A stretch of DNA of 57,206 nucleotides, filler included, from Dugesia japonica (lineage: Eukaryota), in assembly GCA_001938525.1 (NCBI GenBank). It is 4 parts of 4 records of this genome, joined end to end, with 100 filler letters (N's around TTAATTAATTAA, not from the genome) between each part and the next. Parts side by side here need not be neighbours in the genome. Positions count along the whole stretch, not along the records: positions 12,646 to 35,740 come from MQRL01573693.1; 3 more parts are not named here. One strand, 5' to 3'. Numbering within the stretch: position 1 is the stretch's first letter; every line of letters starts with the position of its first letter. Shown here piece by piece: positions 12,546 through 23,417 of the stretch. The position numbers were made by a program, and so were the translations under genes. Under the pieces are notes generated by a model. The model did not search any database, was not told the DNA's origin, and saw only the letters and a list, made by a program, of their open reading frames with translations.

Positions 12546-12645
12546 NNNNNNNNNNNNNNNNNNNNNNNNNNNNNNNNNNNNNNNNNNNNTTAATTAATTA
12601 ANNNNNNNNNNNNNNNNNNNNNNNNNNNNNNNNNNNNNNNNNNNN
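12546..12645. other. Artificial contig spacer N44-TTAATTAATTAA-N44
   Basis: Exactly 100 bp. The 12-mer has stops in all six frames, and the construct occurs three times identically. Confidence 0.95.
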
Positions 12646-12712
12646 AAAATCTGAGCACTGTCCACTAAAATCTGAGCACTGTCGCTAAAATCTGAGCTTT
12701 GTCAACTAAATT
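12646..12712. repeat. Tandem repeat of about 21 bp, 3 copies, running into the gap
   Basis: AAAATCTGAGCACTGTCCACT / AAAATCTGAGCACTGTCGCT / AAAATCTGAGCTTTGTCAACT. Confidence 0.85.
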
Positions 12713-13034
12713 ATGACCATTCATATGAGCACATTTCTTCTGGACATTTCATTATTAACTGCGATATTTTTTTATTTGCTCTGTAATCCACTTGAGCTGT
12801 GGACAATAATGTAATTTTACAATCACTCGTGATTCCAGAACAAAATTGGCATCCATTATTCATCATTTCATAAACACATTTCCGACAAAATCTACATCCG
12901 CATTGAGTTTGACAAGCATTAATCAATATTTTACTACATTTTCCACATTTGAATTTATCTGGAACCTTTTTATTCGCATCAAAATTGTGCTGAGTTAATA
13001 ATTTATAACTATTTTCTAATTTATCACTGCTCAT
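12711..13034 (-). CDS. TRAF-like RING finger protein, N-terminal part (RING plus start of the first zinc finger)
   Basis: KFKCGKCSKILINACQTQCGCRFCRKC...CSGITSDC...DYRANKKISQLIMKCPEEMCSYEW resembles the TRAF2/3 N-terminus. ATG at 13034. May be truncated or spliced onward. Confidence 0.75.
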   Translation of the reverse strand: MSSDKLENSYKLLTQHNFDANKKVPDKFKCGKCSKILINACQTQCGCRFCRKCVYEMMNNGCQFCSGITSDCKITLLSTAQVDYRANKKISQLIMKCPEEMCSYEWS

Positions 13035-13655
13035 TGTTATATAATAATCAATAATTAAATGTAAAGATATCAATGAACTATGACTACAAACCCATAATTT
13101 CACGCTAAAATGTTTTCTATTGGTGATTATTTATATTAATAATAAAATAATGATGAAATTTTACGCAATTCGGCAAATAATAATCTTAACGAATTAAAAC
13201 AAGGAAAATTTACCAAGTTTCAATAAGTAGATAGAAAGTAGAACATCAAACCACTAGTAGATGCTAATATACATCAATGAACTCTATAGACATTTTTTTT
13301 AATTTTTTCAGGGGTACCTACAAATAGTTGATTTTTGCAAAGTTTTTCAAAAAATTGACTATAATTACTAAAATTTTTAATACAACTAATGAAAACGCAA
13401 AATACCGCCCCAAAGCTAAAGAACTGAATACATAATTCATTCTTGAATATTCATATCTACTCAGTTTAATATTAATTATCATTTTATAAACATAGAAAAA
13501 GCTTTATTTTAATTTTTAAAAAAATATTTTAGAATAAATAAATAAAAATAGATAAAAATATTTAAAATTAAAAAACTTTTAATGTCATTTGTTTAAATAT
13601 TTTATTTGAAACAATAAAAATACTTTACAATTTGTCTTTTTCAGGCAAAAAAAGT

Positions 13656-13692
13656 CAATTCCTGACGAAGACAAGGTCGAAATATTGAATTG
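13656..13692 (+). ncRNA. Minimal type I hammerhead ribozyme (copy 2)
   Basis: CAATTC-CTGACGA-A-GAC aag GTC-GAAA-TATT-GAATTG, with a 6-bp stem I and an intact core. Confidence 0.8.
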
Positions 13693-13745
13693 TTATCAAA
13701 TATCAATAAAAACAACAAAAACTTTGATGGAAGCTTTTATTTTAA

Positions 13746-13746
<1 letters not shown>

Positions 13747-13803
<57 letters not shown>

Positions 13804-13871
13804 NNNNNNNNNNNNNNNNNNNNNNNNNNNNNNNNNNNNNNNNNNNNNNNNNNNNNNNNNNNNNNNNNNNN

Positions 13872-13923
<52 letters not shown>
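13747..13923. repeat. (TAT)n microsatellite spanning a gap
   Basis: Pure TAT repeats on both sides of the N run. Confidence 0.97.
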
Positions 13924-13924
<1 letters not shown>

Positions 13925-14244
13925 GTAGATAGATAGTAGCAGTCATAGCCAGCACACATAAAGTATCTGCCCCCGTGATATGACGAAACATAATCCTAAT
14001 GCATTTAGTTAGGAGTTTTAAAAAATGACATCATATTATGTAATATTACGAAATGTGATTAAGTGGCCATATATTTCCCTGTGTATTTAGTTGGGAAAAA
14101 TTTTTGCACACAAATTATGTCATTAGATTAATTTCATCGGTGAAATTTTACGTAATAGGATTAAGTGGCCATACATTTCCCTGTGGTTTTAGTTGGGAAA
14201 TGTTTTTAGGCTTTTTAGTCAGTAATATTTTTTAAGCTTTTGAG

Positions 14245-14715
14245 TTGGAAATTTATTCGGTGAGGTAGAATGAGGTCAATTTTTGATTGGTTTTAGGTGG
14301 TTTTTGCCCAAAATTTCCTTGGTAAGGTTGAAGTAGGTCAATTTTTGGTTAGTCAAAGTTTTCCTCGGGAACGGTCAGTTTGGGTCAGTTTTGGGTGATT
14401 TGGTCGAATATTTCTTTGGGATTGGTTAATTTAGTTCATATTTAGGCAATTTGGTTGAAATTTTCCTCAGGAATGGTATATTTGGGTAATTTTTGGACGA
14501 TTTGGTTGTTATAGGTGAATTTGGCTCATATTTGAACGATTCAGTCAATTATTTACTCGGTTTGGGTAATGTTAGCCAATTATTTACTCAGTTTGGACAA
14601 ACTTGGTTAATTATTTGCTCACAAGGATCATTTTTAGGTAAATTCGGTCCAATATGTCTTCGGGATTGGTAATTTCTTGGTGATTGGGTCGAACATTTCC
14701 TTGAACAGGTCAGTG
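14245..14715 (+). repeat. Degenerate G/T-rich array with about 10-11-bp sub-period
   Basis: Recurrent units such as AATTTGGTC, ATTTTTGGT and TTTCCTCGGGA. Strong strand asymmetry. Confidence 0.7.
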
Positions 14716-16602
14716 GGCATGATTTATAAGGAAATTCATGTAAAAATTTAAATTTTTTTAAATTTTAAAGTTTTTAAAAAAAATATTTTTATGGGATTTT
14801 TTTTGAATCCGAGTGAGCAGCCTATGTTGTTTAAATAATATGAAAATCTTTAAATTTTTAAAATGAAATTTTTTATCGGAATCCGGGACTTCCCAACTTT
14901 TTGAAAAAATATGTTCTATATCTTTGATTTCAAAGATTTTTATACCAAACTGCTGAAATTTTACGGCGATTATTTTTCACAAATAAAACTTTTTCGCAAA
15001 TAATTTCCGTTTTACATAAGTCAACAAAGGATTTATTCGATAGAGAATGTTTTTCTGATTCCAAATGTTAATCTAAAATCGTCAAAATTAATACTCGATG
15101 AAATAAATAGGTTTTTGTGGTTGAAAACATCTCAAATCTTGAGTTTTGTACTCAATTTTCTCCACGTACATAACTCGTATGGTTTCAAATTTGCTATTAT
15201 TTTACTCAGGAGGAAAAGGCGACTAAGCAAAGTTGAAATATCGTCTCGGGAAAAATGCTTCCTAACAAATATGTACAGCCGTCCTCCAAGATTTGGTAAC
15301 ATGTTTAGAACATATCAAAAGTAACTCAAAATTTATAATAAAACAATCTATTTAATATAGAATGTTTCGCTGATCAAGAATATTATCATCTAAAATCACC
15401 AAACCTTATAGATAAAAATTTATATTGAAAAACAAGTACTTAATTTTAGAGTCCCCGAGGAACAGAAAATAGTTTGATAATTTATTCAAAAAGATCAATT
15501 TTGGGTAGTTTTTTTAGATACATTTGGATGAAATTTCACTCTTCACCAGTCTTCAGTTATCAAAACTCTGTACACTGTACTCTAGTATTCAGACATCAAA
15601 ACTCTGCTAGCAGTGCACTGATCATTAAATATCGATGGTTTTCTCACTATTTACAGGTCTTTTCTATCATAAAATGGTTTTCTTTCGTTTTTTGATAGTA
15701 TGAACTATTGGTAAATGTACTGTTTAATCAATATTTGATTATTTAACCTGTTCTATATGTTTTTTGTAATTTTGAAAATTAAATTAGATAATATGTATTT
15801 TTAGCGTAAAAATTTAATAAAAGTTTAATTTACAATAGGAATTTTTTATTAAGTATTGATAATTTTGAAATTATTTAATATAATTGATTGAATAAATTAA
15901 GTATGATGAATTAATTAATTTTCAATATGTAATTTGATTAAAACTATAATTTTGTAGATAAATAGAATTGTTTTGAATAAATTTTTAATCGTATTTTGAA
16001 AGTAAATCAGATTTTATGTATATTATTATGATTAAATTTAAAATTTTACGGTTAAATTAAAATTATAATAGAAAAGGCTTATTAATTATTGATTAAATTT
16101 GAAATATTTTTAATCAAATTAGATTTCGTATGTATTTTTTAATTAGTGTTTAATTTATAATAGAAAATTTTTATTAAGCATTGATTCATTGAAATAACTC
16201 ATATAATTGATAGAATAGATTAAGTATGATGTATTTAATAATTTTCAAATAATTACCAGTAAAGGTACATGCAACTTGAATTTATGTGAAAACACATTAA
16301 ATTTAGAAAAATCAATCAAATAAATAGTTAAAATTATGTTTTTTAAATTAGAGTTGACTATTAATGAAAATAAAACTTTGACTCAAATTTAAACATCAAA
16401 GTAACTATAGATAGAGAATTTTATGCTAAGAATAACATGTTTAAAAATCGTCAATTTTTAAAACATTAATGGAAATAGTTCATTTCAAACTTTAATTTAT
16501 TTATAATAATTCAACTTTTCATTAAGCATTAAAGAATTGGAAATAATTTGAAATATTAATTGAAAATAACTAAAAATAAATGATTGAATAAATAATTTTC
16601 AA

Positions 16603-16760
16603 ATAGCGAGTATTCTGTATGTAAAAACTTGATGATAGCGAGTATTCTAAATGTTAATACTTGTTGGTAACGAGTATTGCGCATGTTATTATTTGTTGAT
16701 AGCGAGTATTCTGTATGTTAAGACTTAATGATATCAAGTATTGTGTATGGTAAGACATAC
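16603..16760 (+). repeat. 32-bp minisatellite, 5 copies
   Basis: Consensus ATAGCGAGTATTCTGTATGTTAAnACTTGnTG, head-to-tail with no spacers. Confidence 0.9.
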
Positions 16761-16941
16761 TAAGAATGAAGTGACATCTGATTTGGATAAAAAATAATTG
16801 AATAGGTATTACTTGTTTGTCAATATGTTGTTCTAAATAATAATAAATTATAAAATAATGAGACTACTTACAACAATTGGTTTATTGAATGTATCTGGTT
16901 TAATAGTCTTAGATTTAATTATAAAAATCTATATGTTTCAG

Positions 16942-17155
16942 ATTAAAACCCATATTTTCATGATAATTCCCATATTTATGATAAAACCCATATTTTCATA
17001 ATAAAACTCATATTTACAGAATAATACCCACATTTAACATGGATCTTTCATTAAACCTATATTTTCAATGTTGAGATCAATATTTTTAATGTGGAATCAA
17101 ATATTTCTAATGATGAGATCCACAATTTCTATGTTAAACTCTTATTTTCTAACAA
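16942..17155 (+). repeat. Degenerate minisatellite of about 20-21 bp (resumes about 17730-17835)
   Basis: ATAAAACCCATATTTTCATG-like units. Confidence 0.75.
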
Positions 17156-17444
17156 TGTTACTTATAATTTGGTATTTAAAAGAAAAGGAATTCTATAAAA
17201 CCAAAGAGCAAGCAGGGCTATCAAAATGCAAGCAAATAAGCAGAAGGATAATCAAATGATGAAAATATACTGATATAAAATTTCAATTGTGCAATCTCAT
17301 ATTATACTGATATGAGATTATACTGATATAGTGATATTATATTAAATAAGAAGCAAGTCAAATCAACTATTACTCACTATCACTCAGTCTTATTGTCTTC
17401 TTTTATCAATATATGACACTCTTTAAAGATTAGTGATGTGAGGT

Positions 17445-17670
17445 CTATGAAAATATGAAATGAAAATATGCAATAAAACACATTAGAAAATATAGATAAA
17501 TATAGCTAAATAGGGGCTAAATCATGGAAAATGGTGGGAAATAAGCAAAATATAGCTAATTATGCATAAATAGGGGTGAATAGAGAAAATAGGTGTAAAT
17601 GATCGGAAATGACTAAAGTAGCGGAAATTATGGAAAAATTAGTGAAAATTAATAAAAGGTAGGCAAATTA
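17445..17670 (+). repeat. A-tract array with about 10-bp period
   Basis: AAATATAGCT AAATAGGGGCT AAATCATGGA AAATGGTGGG ... AAATAGGTGT AAATGATCGG. Confidence 0.75.
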
Positions 17671-18149
17671 AGTATATTAAATGACTATGTATAGAATAAA
17701 TGCAGCATAATTAGTGACTATATTTATTCTATTAAATACTTTCTAATGGTAAAACTTGTATTTTCTATGATAAGTCCAAAATTATTTTTTATAAATCCAT
17801 TATTTTTAAATAGTGAAACTCATATTTTCAATAATGAAATAGTGTAATAATGGAAAAGTTATAGCTAAGAAATTGATTTTACTGACCGATAACTTGGTAT
17901 TTAAAAGATAAATAAACGCATAAATACCAAAGTACATACAGGTTTGCCAAGGATCACGCAAGGATATCAATGAGCAAGCAAAGATGAAAGCAAATAGTGA
18001 AGGATTTTATTGAAAGGAATACTTATATTTCACAAGATAATACTCTTGTAATAAACTTTTCCAATAAAATAAACCATAAGTTACTAATAGAAGCTTGTCT
18101 TGTTATGTGTTTAAACTTTTACCTGTTGTTTTCCGTGCTGTTGCATTCA

Positions 18150-21100
18150 TCGCAAATTCAATCTCTGGTAGACATTCTGCTCATTTCTTTGCGTTTCTCT
18201 CTGCTATTGATGCCCCAAAATTGCCTTTTTACCTTTCCAGTCATATTATCGTGATAATGACTTAATAAATATAGTTTAATATTCATCTCATCGGTTAATT
18301 TCTTCATTCTTTGTGATTTGAAGACATTTCTACAGTCTCTATGAATATATTTCGGTGTCTCTAACTTTAATATCCTGTTATCTCTTAATATATGAGCTAT
18401 TGACTCTTCATCTTGTTTTGTTGTTGAAGTCAATGATATATATTTACTATTTTATCGATAATATTCACGATATATTTCTTTTTTTGGAAAGTTTCTGGCC
18501 CTGGTCCTACTACATCAATATATTCTCTTAAATAGCCTCGCCAACTCAGATTTTATAGTTTCTTCTTTAGTGTTAGTTGTTACCACCTTCACTTGCTGAC
18601 ATGCCTCGCATCTGGGCACAATTTTCTTTACACTTTCCCACCACCTGGTCATGTCATATTGTTCCCTAATATATTTTGCAACTTTTTCTATTCCTGCGTG
18701 TGCTAGCAACTGGTGCATTTCTCCAATTTTATCTGATCTTTATCTGTCGGGATCCATACTCTTCAGTTTTGTATTAATATCTGACCGCTGATCTATTAGA
18801 ATCTCTCTTCCTTACCATTTTTGATATGTTCTCGTATTATTCATATCTCTTTATTATCTCTCTGCCATTTTGAAGTCTACTTTATTGGATTCAAACGTGT
18901 CGTTTTTGCCTTTATTGGATCTTCGTATGTGATTATGCACTGTACACATTTACCACATGCCTGTCTTGAGAGCAAATTCGCATTACCATGCTTGTCGCAA
19001 TTTACGATACTGTAAATCAATATCTAATCATCTTAGGTAGCTGACCCAATTTTGAAACTGTTCCTTAATAGGTTTCTTCGTAGTTAACATAAACCTACTC
19101 AACTTAAAGTCTCGTAGAGTGAATCTTTGCTAGTATAAGTAATGGCTGAAGTGATTGCAAAAATAGAATATCATCAACAGTTTCTTTCTAGTTATACAAT
19201 ACCCCAATTCTGGGTTATTCATTGCGTATGATCCATAAGCTTTCAAACTTTCTTGTGCATTATTATCGATTTGTGATAATACGATACCGACAGTATGAAT
19301 TCTCTCCTGACCTCCAGAAACACTAAAATTGGTGGCTTCATCAACGCTTCTTTCATGAGTCTAAATGACTGTTTGCAGCCCTCTGTATATATTAACTTAT
19401 TATTTACACTGCATAGTTTTTCTACTTGTTATATATATATATAGATATTGAACAATAAGATATTTAACAAGTTAATATTATATTTCATAAAATAGCAATA
19501 ATCAAGCAAATCAAATTCATTTTAATATTTTGAATATTTAATTTAAAATATTTAATAATTTGAATTTAGATATATTTAAATACTATCATAATTTAAATAT
19601 ATCACATTCCTCCCTTTGCTTTATCGACTAAATATATCTTTATTCCTTCCAAGAATTGCTAATGTTTTGACCACATAGTAGCAATTGTTTGCAACTTCCA
19701 CATCATTTTTAATTTTCTGCAGAATATTATCTCTAATTTTTCCTCTGTTTTTTGTTTTTCAGAGGACAATTGTCTAAGTGATACTTTTTCAAACACTTTT
19801 TCATTTTGATTAAACTCTTCTACATATCCGAGTGTAGAGTTTTACATCCGGCTTCTAACATATATATTCTTACCCACATGTATCCATTATTATCGATTGT
19901 AATTGTATCTGTTACTAAAATTTTCCGCCCAGTCATTTTCTCTTTATCTCCAGTGAAAATCCATTCTTTACTCGTGTCATAAGTAATTTTCTGATCTGTG
20001 TGGTCCATTATCATGCCTCTGATAAAATATTTACCAATTCCACTTACATATACGTTTTCAGATACCGCAATTATATAACATTCATTATCATTATAAATCT
20101 CACGAGTCTCTGCTTTTCCGAATCCCATATTACAACTCATCAACACGGTCGGTGTTAGTTTTTTATTGACTCCGGTAGAACTGTTTTTGAAATAAATTGA
20201 ATCTTAACATTCTGTATTATTATTTCATGATTTGCTGAATCCACCATTATTTTGTATTTTTTCATACTTCTTAATCCAATATATAGACGTGGAAATATAT
20301 TTGGCATAATATAAAATACGTGATGTAATTACAGGTCCAATTGACATATTTAATTATATCTTCCCCAAACATTCTTCTATTATACCATTTGCGCATGTTA
20401 CTTTTGTCATAGATTTAAAAGTTCACACAGCAGGGTTCTTTTTACAGATACGCTCGGCTAATTCCTGGCCTATAACATTCAAATCAGCGCTCGTGTCAAA
20501 CATAGTTTTTCTGGTATCCCTACAATCTGACATTCAACAATTGGTTTATTTCTTGCTTTTTCTGGTCTTCTTTAGCTTTTCTATTTCAATTTTCAAATTC
20601 TTTATAGTTTCATTCTCTTGGCGCATATTACATAATACATTNNNNNNNNNNNNNNNNNNNNNNNNNNNNNNNNNNNNNNNNNNNNNNNNNNAAATTCTTT
20701 ATAGTTTCATTCTCTTGGCGCATATTACATAATACATTTTCATTCGTTTCGTAGTCATCTGTCATATTTTATACTTTCTACAGCCTCTTACAATGATTTT
20801 GGTTCGAATATTTTTAGTGCATTTGCCAATTTTCTATGTCCCAAGCCATTAATAAATGCTTTTACCATAGTTTCCTCTTTCTTGTCAGATAAAACACTGC
20901 TCTGCATACGAATACGCTTAGCAAAATCAGTTATTTTTTCTCCTCGATACTGCATTAATTCAAGTATCGGCATAGCTTGGTTAATTTTTTATGGTTTAAC
21001 ATCCAGTAAATTGATGTTTTTCCAAGTAATCGATATCTACCTTTGTACTCTCAAAGCTTGGATCACATTTTATTTCCTTCATCAAGTTGTCGTCAAAATA

Positions 21101-22091
21101 TTTACTAAATATAGTAATTCTCTCTTCTGCGGTGATGCTACAAGCATCGGATAAATTTATAAATTCCTTGACGTTTTTTAGATGTCCTCGAATATTCACT
21201 GAGCTTTCATTGTCCTTTCTGAATTTGAACCACTTATCTTCCTTTTCTTTAAACATAAATTTCTGCAGCAAAAGTATCTGCTATGTTACATATATGTTAC
21301 ATAGCTATATTTACATGTTATATATGTTACATATATAAAGTGACGCTATGTTACATATATGTAGATATTAAATAATAAGATATTTAACAAGTTAACATTA
21401 TATTTCATAAAATAGCAATATTAAAACAAATCGAATTCCTTTTAATATTTCGAATATTTAATTTTAAATATTCAATAATTTGAATTTAGATATATTTAAA
21501 TATTATCATAATTTAAATATATCACACTACTTCTCTAGCCTTCTTTGCTTTCATGAATCTATGGTAATATCAACAAACTCTTCATTCTTTTCACGCATTT
21601 TGGTCTTTCGTATGTCAGTATTATAGCAAACTTTGCTGGATTGGTCTGCACTCATTTATGACTTATCATGTGTCCCAAAAATTTGATCTCTTTTCTTAAC
21701 AATTGACATTTTGACAGTTCAATCAAATTTCTGCTCGATGTATTTTACTAAATACTTCATTCAGTGTTTTATAAAGCTCTTCTAAGTTTTCTGAATATAT
21801 TAAAATATCGTTGAAGTACACAGTTGTTCCCTTTATTGTGCCTAAAACCTATGCCAGGAATGTCCCAGGCTCTGTGGCTATTCCAAGCGGCATTCTATTG
21901 ATGCAGTATTGACGTGACTTTTTTTTAAAGGCTTTATGTTTCTTCTAGCACTACTTGGTAGTAAACATTACCTAACTCTAATGAGTTGAAGAATTTTGAC
22001 CCACCTAATCTATCCAGAATCCCTTCTACATTCGGCATTAGAAATGCCTGTCCTTCCGTAATAGCGTTTAGCTGTCTAAAATCTAAACATA
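18150..22091 (-). mobile_element. Ty3/Gypsy pol remnant (RT-RNase H-integrase), interrupted by a nested LTR element
   Basis: RT: CLDFRQLNAIT, RMPLGIA, VYFNDILIYS, IKFLGHMIS (21530-22090). Connection/RNase H 18950-19420. Integrase zinc finger HQLLAHAG...CEACQQVK (18515-18718). Many stops. Confidence 0.92.
19427..21526 (-). mobile_element. Non-autonomous LTR retroelement (2100 bp) with gag and protease only
   Basis: LTRs at 21349-21526 and 19427-19606 (TG...CA). Perfect 5-bp TSD CTACT (19422-19426, 21527-21531). PBS-like TAGCGTCAC follows the 5' LTR and PPT AAAGGGAGGAA precedes the 3' LTR. Gag-like QYRGEKITDFAKRI..AFINGL and protease-like FDTSADLNVI. No RT, RNase H or integrase seen. Confidence 0.9.
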
Positions 22092-22879
22092 NNNNNNNNN
22101 NNNNNNNNNNNNNNNNNNNNNNNNNNNNNNNNNNNNNNNNNNNNNNNNNNNNNNNNNNNNNNNNNNNNNNNNNNNNNNNNNNNNNNNNNNNNNNNNNNNN
22201 NNNNNNNNNNNNNNNNNNNNCTTTGATGCTTCAAAGTGTACTAAAACTAATTGTGTTGTAACAATGGTTACACATCCCTGCTCAAAGTAAATAACTGCAG
22301 AAGATGTTGATGTTGAGCAGAAACCAATGCCAATGTGTTGTGGATAATTTCTCTCGTTTTTTCTTCATTTTCTTTGCCACGCAGCTTCTTATGTACTCAG
22401 GCTGTTGCCATAGCAACTTTATCAGAGTTTTTTAATAGTTTGCTAAAGGTTTATCATCTGAAAACTTAAATTTTTCGTAAAAAATAAAACAAAAATTTTT
22501 TTAAACTGAACATATCACTCTGAAAAAAGAAAGGTAATATTCAAACAAAGAAATATTCTTATGGTATTGCAAATAAAATTCTTTAAATTTCGAATATTTA
22601 TTCCTGAATTATTTTCAAATGAAAAACTAATTTCTTTATTTTGTTTTGATTACAATAATTGTTGAAAATATGCTTTTACTTATTTCAATTTTATTAAAAT
22701 TAATAATAAATATAAGGAAATAATTTGGAAGAATTTCAACCAATATGAATTAAAATAAATTAAATAAAATAAATTAATATATTATAGGAAAAGAAAATAT
22801 AGAAGAAAATATTTTAATAAGCTTTCAATGTCTACAATCAAATATGCTTTTTGGTCCCTGAATTAATATTAATTCAATT

Positions 22880-23417
22880 AAATAGCAATCAATAAGTAAT
22901 CAATTAATCATTAATCAACAATATATCGATAATCAATAATTNNNNNNNNNNNNNNNNNNNNNNNNNNNNNNNNNNNNNNNNNNNNNNNNNNNNNNNNNNN
23001 NNNNNNNNNNNNNNNNNNNNNNNNNNNNNNNNNNNNNNNNNNNNNNNNNNNNNNNNNNNNNNNNNNNNNNNNNNNNNNNNNNNNNNNNNNNNNNNNNNNN
23101 NNNNNNNNNNNNNNNNNNNNNNNATTAATTAATCATTAATCAACAATATATCGATAATCAATCATTAATTAATTAATCATTAATCAGCAATATATCGATA
23201 ATCAAGCATTAATTAATTAATCATTAATCAACAATATATCGATAATCAAGCATTAATTAATTAATCATTAATNNNNNNNNNNNNNNNNNNNNNNNNNNNN
23301 NNNNNNNNNNNNNNNNNNNNNNNNNNNNNATTAATCAATCATTAATTAATCAATCATTAATTAATCAATCATTAATTAATTAATCATTAATTAATCAATC
23401 ATTAGTTAATTAATCAT
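22880..23417. repeat. ATTAATTAATC-based micro/minisatellite with a higher-order unit of about 44 bp
   Basis: ATTAATTAATTAATCATTAATCAACAATATATCGATAATCAAGC repeats and 15-bp ATTAATTAATCAATC repeats around gaps. Confidence 0.9.

Larger units (their letters stand above)
13924..17880 (+). mobile_element. Repeat-rich terminal arm of a large element, possibly Polinton/Maverick
   Basis: Begins AGTAGATAGAT, the reverse complement of the end at 48484 (one mismatch to the end at 53985). Contains several tandem arrays and blocks repeated at about 27350-27690 and 31800-32130. Right boundary uncertain. Confidence 0.4.

Noticed and set aside
11425-13034. TRAF-like gene nested in an SLC25A11 intron
   Set aside because: An artificial spacer separates them, so nesting cannot be supported.
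13685-13936. Poly-Tyr/Leu/Ile ORFs in the ORF track
   Set aside because: They are translations of the (TAT)n microsatellite and N gap.
15524-15562. Minus-strand CTGAAGA...GAAA hammerhead-like spacing
   Set aside because: Stem II does not close properly and the paralogous copy at 27.5 kb lacks GAAA.
16603-16760. CRISPR-like appearance of the 32-bp repeats
   Set aside because: Head-to-tail units with no unique spacers, no cas genes and a eukaryotic context.
20591-20740. Direct repeat of about 50 bp flanking an N run in gag
   Set aside because: Typical scaffolding overlap artefact.
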